A stretch of DNA of 64,000 nt, taken from assembly GCF_009914755.1 (NCBI RefSeq), contig NC_060925.1; one strand, written 5' to 3'. Within the stretch, counting starts at the first letter, position 1. Each line of letters starts with the position of its first letter. Under the pieces are notes generated by a model, which saw only the letters and a program-made list of their open reading frames with translations, was not told the origin of the DNA and did no database searches. The DNA is from the human T2T-CHM13v2.0 reference genome, Homo sapiens. Shown one piece after another: positions 54,801 through 64,000 of this stretch. A program made the translations under genes and the position numbers.

Positions 54801-55781
54801 CAAGGCTTCATTAAATCTCAAGCTAAGCCTAACATTTAAGTCTATTGCAGCAACCTTTATTTAACTGTTTGATAAGAGCTGTGCCAGTCCCACAGTCCTG
54901 GGATAGAACTAGGCTTGCATTTGGACATAAGCACTGCTGCAAACTAAAAATATCCACTTGTCAAAATTCCCTATGGCTTCAGTGCTGACAGCTGGACACA
55001 CATACATACTGCCCAGACAGCAGAGGATCCAACCCACGTCCCATTTTCTTTCTGAGACAGGATAAAAACTGGCTGCTCTATTTCCAAGGCCAGAAGCTTT
55101 GTTATTATTGACAAGAAAATTTACATTCAAATGAAGGTGAGAAGAAAACAAAGCCTCAGAATTGTCTCGAGCATATATTTGAGTGTGCAATAAATCCCTT
55201 CCCCTCCATTCTCCTGACTCAGACTACTTGTTCTAAGCACGTAATCTCATTTATTTAGACCTGCTTGACTTCGGTTGAAACAAATCTGATATTTGAGTAA
55301 ACATATATATCTGGGGTGAGAGGACAAGAGGGGAATGGGGCAGTTGGCCTTAAGAACCAATGAATAACTCTGTTAAGGATTTCATAATATTCTAAGATAG
55401 TGAGCTGTCATAATTCGTCTAAATAACACTTTGTTTACAGTCAACCTCTATAATTTTATGAGTTTACCTATTAAATACATTGGGATAGCCTTTTTAAAAA
55501 GGAAAAATGGGATTTTAGAACTGCAGACGTGAAATTATGTAGATAAAGTAGCAAAACGTCTTGTTTAATAATTACTTTCCTGAAAATTCTCCAGTGTTTG
55601 ACTCTTCCTTCTCAAAACATCTAACCAAACTGAAGGAACAGAAGGAATGATCTAAACACCCACAGTATCTCCTACTTCTGAAAAGTGTCTTGTACAGAGT
55701 ACATATACTCAGTGGTTACATGATAAACCAGGATGGACTGCAAACTACAAAAGAGCGGAAACTAACAATATATGTAATTAG

Positions 55782-56168
<387 letters not shown>

Positions 56169-56659
56169 TAACAAAATTGCCCCATCCCTTCCTGGGAAGA
56201 TTTACTATTAGGAAAATGAATAAAGAAACAGCACCGCTTGGAATAAACTCTCCACCACCCTAACAGGTTAGTGGCGATTTGTAAGGATTCTTTGGAAACT
56301 GGGATGTTAAAAAAGTTGCCCAATCTCTTTTAAAGATGAACATAAACAGTATGTTTTCCTCATGTACAATGGGAATCTGATACCATTAAGAGTTTTAGGG
56401 AGTTAAAATGGCACAGTGTGCTTAAGTTTGAACATCATTAAGAAAGTATACCAAAGTCAAACAAATATAAAATCTAAAGAAAAGCCCATGAACTACTACT
56501 AGAGATACGAAATGCGTGGTTTTATCAAAGCAGAATCCCATTTTCTAAATACATTCATTGACATCAGACTGTAAATAGGTGTTCAGCAAAAATACTTAAA
56601 ATGCCTGGTTTTTAGAACTGCCTCGGATAGCTTCTAGATCTATCTGACTACAAAGACAT

Positions 56660-56910
56660 TCGAAAGGAGCTTGCACTTGATTCAGAAGACAATAGGGGGC
56701 CATCAAAAGTTTTCCATTAGGATGTGGCAGATCAGAGCTATATTTTAGGAAGATTCTTCTAGTAGAAGAAAGGTAGCCACATTCACTGATGCCTAAAATA
56801 GGCTGATGAGGATAGAGACTGATGGTTACATCAGTCAACTTGTAGCTGCCATGATGTCTCTTTTCACTGCTCGGTAAAAGAAGCCCTAAATGGTGGCAGT
56901 GGCAGAGCCC
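56660..56910 (-). mobile_element. L2-like fragment (arm A of the inverted pair)
   Basis: gggggccatcaaaagttt...gatcagagctatattttaggaagattcttct. Confidence 0.7.
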
Positions 56911-57769
56911 TGAGGGCTTCTGGGGAACATGAACCATCTGTAAAACTTTCTAGAGCAGCCTCGGGGGACCAAATGAGAGCTTCATCCACCAGGCACCTGC
57001 TCTGTAGTACAGTGATATATTTTAAAGGGAGAACTGACATATCCTACAAAGGGATCAAGAACTACCTACCACATGGGTGGCACCTTCTTTTCACCAACTC
57101 TCTTACAACATGCAAATGAATGCTATTCTTCTCATCAAGCCTGCCTGAACTTTAAGCACTTTCAACCCACCCCGATGTATCCTCTCTATCCCGCCATAAC
57201 ATGTTTTCATCAACTGTTTCATGAACACTTCATATATTGTTCATATATATGTTTCATGAACATTTCATATATTCCACATACTTTACCAGTCATAATGGTA
57301 AACCTATTCTGTGTATTACGCAATTTAAAAGTCACCTGCTCAAGTTTAGAGTATGGTTTTTTTTTTTTAATATGTCAGCTTTCATTCCTGAGACAGATCT
57401 CAAGATTATTCATTCTGAGTGTTACAATATCTGCTTCTTTTTGCTAATAATGCAGTGTTAACTTGTTAGACCAATTAGTTTCATCACTTTTAGAATTCTA
57501 GCCATCTGCGGTGCCAAATATTCAACTTTAACCACAGTATTATTTGGTCAACCAAGAAATACCTCATATTCCCTCTAAAACATGCAGAAGAATCCTACTT
57601 GGGAAATTCTAAAAATATACATTGTCACTGTCTTTTTAAAATCATGGCTTTACAAACAAATCCACTGATTTAAAATAAATTGCATGCACTTGAGCATGTA
57701 CTGCTCAGTTTCCTCTATGAGTTATTTTGCACCTGAAACTTAAAGACCTTTTTTCCATATTCTGAACCA

Positions 57770-58405
57770 CCATCTCAATCCTGTTCATCATTAACTCTCT
57801 CCTGGACAATGTCAATAATCACATAATTGATCTCCACATAGCCATCAGTCTCTATCTTCGGCGGCCTGTACAATTCCCTTCTACCAGAATAATCTTCCTA
57901 AAATACAGCTCTGATCACGTCACATCCTAATGGAAAACCTTCAATGGCTCCCCACTGCCTCCTGAATCAAGGGCAATCTCCTTGGCCTAGCATACCAGGT
58001 CTCATTTGTTCTAGTCTCGTCTTACTTCCCCTACCCCACCCCACCTCACCACCTCTCTTCTCTTTGTAAAGAAACTAGTCATAGTTCCTAAAACAGCAAC
58101 TACTCATGTCTCCCTCTTAGAATTCTATCCAAGTCCAAAGGCCTAGTTAAAATGCCACCTCTTCAGGAGAGTTGCCCAGCCAGATGTTATTTCTTCTTTC
58201 CCCAAGGTACTCACTACATTTACACCTCTCCAAGATCTCTTACCAGATTCTGCCTTGGAGAGGCCTTTCTGTTCTTAGTCTTACTGTCCTCATAGGCCAG
58301 GGACTAGGTCTTAGTCAGCTTCAATCTTCCTAACGCTTGCTGTTCACACCCATCTGTCAGCATGATGCCTTCCACATAGTAGACAAGAATAAATGTTGGT
58401 TCAGG
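57770..58405 (+). mobile_element. L2 3' region (contains arm B of the inverted pair)
   Basis: aatcttcctaaaatacagctctgatcacgtcac...aaaccttcaatggctccccactgcc...aataaatgttgg. Confidence 0.8.
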
Positions 58406-58732
58406 AAAAGGGCCATAAGAGATTTTTAAACCCTGGAAAAAAACTATTGACTTCTATTAATCATGCAATCAGATGCACTCTTGCAAGCTGGGACACACCA
58501 AAACCTTGGTAATAACAAAAAAAAAATCACAACTCAGCAGGAGGTGTGTTACACTATAATGGCATCATGTTTCCAAACTAGTATAAAAACATATTTGGGA
58601 AAAACTAAAGAGAAAATGTTCTAAGGCATTTAAAATAAATGATCTTACAAGAAAGATGGATGGGAAAACTCCAAAACTTTCAGAAACAGACACAAATTCA
58701 CACACAAACATACAATCTCACATTATACACAC

Positions 58733-58921
58733 CCCTTGTTCATCAAGCTTGAGCAGCTGCTCTGAGACCTTGGGTGAGTTGGAAGCCTGTCGCAAACACT
58801 GAATGCTCAGCTCTGGAATGACGTATTCCAAAACTTCTTTGAGAGGTAGTCCTCGTGCGGTACCATGCCTAGCAGTAGAGGGTATAGCATCTTCTAAAAT
58901 TGCTCCTCTCAGTGTTGTAAG
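58733..58921 (-). CDS. SIPA1L2: SIPA1L2 coding exon, 189 nt, [14 protein letters not shown]...[11 protein letters not shown]
   Basis: Acceptor tcactgcag|CTT, donor GGG|gtgtgt; phase 0 to 0; overlaps ORF 58718..58933. Confidence 0.95.
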
Positions 58922-59732
58922 CTGCAGTGACAAAACATAAGACTTCGGTTAATATTGATTCTCAATTACCTACTCACAGCCTAACTGTTTGGCTGCCTTA
59001 AGACAGGAAAAAGAGAAGCAAGGCTCTTTCTGAGTGTAGTGAAAGGGGCGACAGTGTTCCATTTAAGGAAACAAAATCAACACTCAAGGAGTCTTTAAAC
59101 AGTAACAGTATACAAAGATCAGGAACAAGCCAGGCGGAATGGAAATGAGCAGATGTATGCCTAAGAATGAGAAGAAGCAAGGCAGAGCAATGCTATGAAA
59201 ATTAGGACATTCCTACAACTCTGAACCCACATGAGAAGGTTCACACAGAGAGGAAACCAGACATGATGATCCTGGACCTGACCATGATCACCCTTCTTCC
59301 ATCCTCCCTTTCTCCCATCTCTCCATCTTCTTTTCTTCCACTCCCTTTCTTATCTTACATTTAATTTTCCATAATGACCATTCCCGAGGCTGAACAGGGG
59401 AGCAGCAGCCAGTGGTATCCATGGGCAGGGTGATTCAGGGCTGAGAAAATTGCCACTAAATTTTGTCTCATGACTTTTTAGATGTCCTCAAATTCACCAC
59501 AGAAACATGCAATGAATATTTGGAGCACGTGCCTAAGATCTAATATGATGAGAGAGAAAACCCCAGAACCATAAATCAAGAGAACTGGTTCTAATCCAAC
59601 CTCTCTCTGACTCTGGTAAGAGTCCTTAGACTACTAACACCAGGAGCTAGGGTGATGGCAGTCATAAGGATACCTAACGTTTGCATAATGTTCCATAACA
59701 CTGGACAACAGAACTATCTGCAACGAGGACAA

Positions 59733-59927
59733 TGTTCTCTATCTATACTAATACAGGAGCCCCTAGCCACATCAACTATTAAACACTCGAAATCACTAAT
59801 GTCACTAAGGAAAAGGATTTCTAATTTTGTTTAGTTATTTTAAATTTAACATTTAAATTAAATTAAGTATTTAAATTTAATTTAAGTAGCCACCCGTGGC
59901 TAGTGACTACTGAACTGAACAGCATAG
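59733..59927. mobile_element. MER3-like hAT-Charlie MITE
   Basis: ctagccacatcaactattaaacactcgaaat...tagccacccgtggctagtgactac. Confidence 0.75.
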
Positions 59928-60197
59928 GTCTATAACTTAAAATATGTCACTTTAGGAGAGGGGCTTTATCTCACTTATACCTAGAATAGAGCCTAGGTCA
60001 CTGGGACACCTACGTACTAGATAAGATGAACAGGGGTACACATGTTCATGCAGCTGGAAACTAGAAAAGGGCTCTGTGTTTTCTCTGATCTAGAAGCAGT
60101 TAACCAAAATACATATTCTGGAATATCTCCCAAATATATATCCCTCTAATTAAAATGAGCTAAAAGGATAAAACCTAAAGTGCTGGACAGATCTAAT

Positions 60198-60369
60198 TCT
60201 TTTCTTTTTTAAGAGATAGGGTCTTGCTATATTGCCCAGGCTGGAGTGCAGGGCCTATTCACAGGTGTAACCATACTGCCCTACAGCCTCAACTCCTGAG
60301 CTCAAGCCATGCTCTCACCCCAGCCTCCTGAGTAGCTGGGACAATAGGCATGTGTCACCATGCCCAGCT
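60198..60369 (-). mobile_element. FAM (fossil Alu monomer)
   Basis: Monomer retaining a 7SL-like ctattcacaggtg segment; TSD-like taattcttt. Confidence 0.75.
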
Positions 60370-60514
60370 TCAGACTTAATTCTTTATATAAATCAATATC
60401 TACCTATTTAGCTATACATGTTGTATAATTTATACAAGAATCTCACTTTCCACTAAAAGCAAGACAAGCAAGAATCTAACCTGGGTCCTCAATGTAACAA
60501 AGCGTGGGTAGTAA

Positions 60515-61184
60515 TGACTGTCCTGCTGAGTTTTGGACTTGCATGGGGCCTGTAGCCTCTTCGTTTTGGCCAATTTCTCCCATTTGGAACAGGAACATTT
60601 ACCCATCCCTGTACCCCCACTGCATCTTGGAAGTAACTAACCTGTTGTTGATTTTACAGGCTCATCAACGGAAGGGACTTGCTTTGTCTCAGATGAGACT
60701 TTGTTCTGTGGACTTCTGAGTTAATGCTGGAGTGAGTTAAGACTAGGGGACTGCTGAGAAGGAATAATTGTTGCAATGTGAGAAGGAAATAAAATTTGGG
60801 AGGGGCCGGGGGCAAAATGATATGGGTTAGATTTGTGTCCCTGCCCAAATCTCATGTCAAATTGGAGAAGAGGCCTCGTAGGGGTGATTGGATCACAGAG
60901 GTGAATTTTCCCCTTGCTGTTCTCATGACAGTGAGTGAGTTCTCACAAGATCTGATGGTTTAAAAGTGTGTGGCCCTTCCCCCTTTACTCTCTCTCTGTC
61001 CTGGTCCACCATGATAAGATGTGCTTGCTTCCACTTCACCTTCCGTCATGATTGTAAGTTTCTTGAGGCCTCCCAGTCAGGTTTCTTGTTAAGCCTGCGG
61101 AACTGTGAGTCAATTAAACCTTTTCTTCATAAATTACCCAGTCTCAGGTGGTTCTTTATAGTAGTGTGAGAATGAACTAATACA
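60515..61184 (+). mobile_element. MST-type MaLR: 3' internal fragment (about 60515-60817) plus LTR (60818-61184)
   Basis: Polypurine tract gggaggggccgggggcaaaa, then tgatatgg...tgattgtaagtttcttgaggcctccc...ctaataca. Confidence 0.88.
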
Positions 61185-61383
61185 GCCACTTAATATCCAT
61201 GGCATGTTTCCAAATTTTTCATTTAGAATAAAATACTGCAATGCCCTTTTTAATTATCTTAAATGTTGCAATCATTAACATTAAAAAAAATAAATTCAGT
61301 ACCCTATCTAAAACAAACTGAAGCAGTAACACCAAAGGAGGTTTAGACTTTAGCCCAATAACTACGGCAAGCAGCCCCATTAC

Positions 61384-61517
61384 CTCACTTGTCCTGAAAG
61401 CCACCCTGTAGTTGAACTGGGATCCTTCTTTCTCCTTGGCATCTTCCACCTTCTCTCTCCGGATGCTGACTGCTACTGGACCAAGGTTTTCATCTATTCC
61501 AAAGTAGTTTTGGTGCT
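61384..61517 (-). CDS. SIPA1L2: SIPA1L2 coding exon, 134 nt, (E)[44 protein letters not shown]; N-terminal RapGAP region
   Basis: Acceptor ccattatag|AG, donor GAG|gtaatg; phase 1 to 0; HxNYFG motif typical of Rap1GAP/SPA-1 proteins. Confidence 0.95.
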
Positions 61518-62149
61518 CTATAATGGAAGAGAGAGGGTGGCATCAAAAGAATGAAAAAGGAACAAAGAGCAGGATGGATATCTCTTAGTTTGTGTATCAA
61601 ATCTCTGAAGAAATACCACATAGCTCATACACAGTGATTTCCTTGTATCTGTTTCATCAAGTCTTCTGGTTTCCAGTTCGGATGCACGCCTACATCTCAT
61701 TTTCAATTACTTCCTCCTCTCATTCTGCTTTTCACTAGTTCATGAACAGCAAAAGCCTCCCTAACCCAAAATTGTTATTTTGTGATCATGTGAATAGCAT
61801 CATCAGAAAGAGGTATTGTCATTCTTAGAAACTGTCAAAAGAGGAACATGGCTACTTGTAGAATCAATATTGAAAACAGTTTCCCTCCGTCTGGGAAAGT
61901 CATCATCTTTTACCGAATGAGGGCACCAGAGATGACCTAAGTAGCCACACAAGCCAGCCAGATTAATCTTGGTGATCAGTGGTGTAGCTAAGATCGCCTT
62001 TTCATTACAATGTCGCTAAAACAGCATAATGTTTATAAAGCTTATAATGTTCATAAAGTCCAGGGCACAATTTAGCAACAGAAAATACACAAAAGGTCAG
62101 TTAGTTTCTAAAGTCAAATTTTATCCACAAATCCTATAACTTGGTTTAA

Positions 62150-62800
62150 AATGTCATCAGCTAATCATTGCTTTCACATAAAATCACTGGTCCATCTACA
62201 CGGAAAGGGTGGCACCTGAGGCCATACTGTCCATCTAACACACGGATCCCTCCAGGACATCTTTCCTAAGAGATGGTCACATTTGTCTCTTCCTCGTATG
62301 TGCAATCACTATGTGTGGGCATTGTTTCAGCCATGGGAACATGGGGAGAACATTCCAGAAAATAGCCGCTACTTATGAAGCAAATACTCTATTCTGAACC
62401 CTTCAAATGACATGAAGCTTACTGCTCTGTGAGCAACTCCCTTTAGACTGCTGGTTTCTTGTCTGTGAGCTCTGTTAAAAGCAGCCAAAGTATCTCATTG
62501 CAACTTTCAAACTTTTTAAATGTTTCCTCTGAAATGACCCGAACTTAACACAACATTCAAGATATGGTCCAATACACAAAATAGTGGGAGCAATTACCCA
62601 AATGCTTATTAATGCAGCTTAAAAATTTATCTATTTTTAGCAGCCCCATCACACCAATCATTCATGTGAGCAGGTGGTAAACGCAAACCTCCAGGTGTTA
62701 TTCATTTATTTCTTAATGAACTGCTGCCAGGTCCATTCTCCCAGGTGTAGCCTCAAAAAATCGATTTTTTTTCACCCTGACTTAAGGTTTTGGCTACAAA
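62150..62800. mobile_element. Ancient L3/CR1 fragment
   Basis: gaacttaacacaacattcaagatatggtc...ttaatgcagc...cagccccatcacac resembles CR1. Confidence 0.5.
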
Positions 62801-63138
62801 GAAACATAATACAGGGAACATCTGCAAACTTGAAGGAAACCTATAGGTATTCCAAAGGCTTTTGGTTATGCCAATGCTTGCCACAATGATTTCTGAAGGA
62901 ATAAGAAACGTTGCTGAGAAAGTAGAAAACAGAAAGAGATCAGCAAAGGAAAACAGCACCTGAATCACTCAGAACACACACTATCCAAAGCCACTAATGA
63001 ACACTGGCTAGACCTTCAAAAGGCAAATCATTTACCTATTTGCTGTTTGCAACCAAATGGGATTAGTACTGACATTATTTCCCTTTAGAGTCAGGGGTAG
63101 AAGCAGCAAGTAAACTATTTTAAAAGATGAAAGGTGGG

Positions 63139-64000
<862 letters not shown>

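Overview
This is primate (almost certainly human) genomic DNA from the middle of SIPA1L2 (SPAR2, a RapGAP-PDZ protein), transcribed on the minus strand. I reconstructed 12 complete coding exons plus one truncated at the window start. All have GT-AG boundaries and consistent phases, giving 2601 nt (about 867 codons) of uninterrupted ORF: the RapGAP domain with the catalytic RKRHIGND motif, the PDZ domain, and a Ser-rich region with a DSGIDT degron. Introns carry Alu, L1, L2, MIR, L3, MaLR LTR and hAT/Tigger fossils. Most listed ORFs are repeat-derived or chance. I cannot demonstrate a wholly new biological system. The best leads are: (1) an in-frame extra exon or alternative first exon (MSPCFSFIGCKLCS) that would splice onto the PDZ exon and give a GAP-less, Cys-rich-N-terminus isoform; (2) an inverted pair of L2-like fragments 1.1 kb apart, about 85% identical, whose mismatches favour G-U pairs in the SIPA1L2 pre-mRNA; (3) a perfect AT-rich inverted repeat with 41-bp arms; (4) several recent small tandem duplications. 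Repeat subfamily names come from memory of consensus sequences, and repeat boundaries are approximate.
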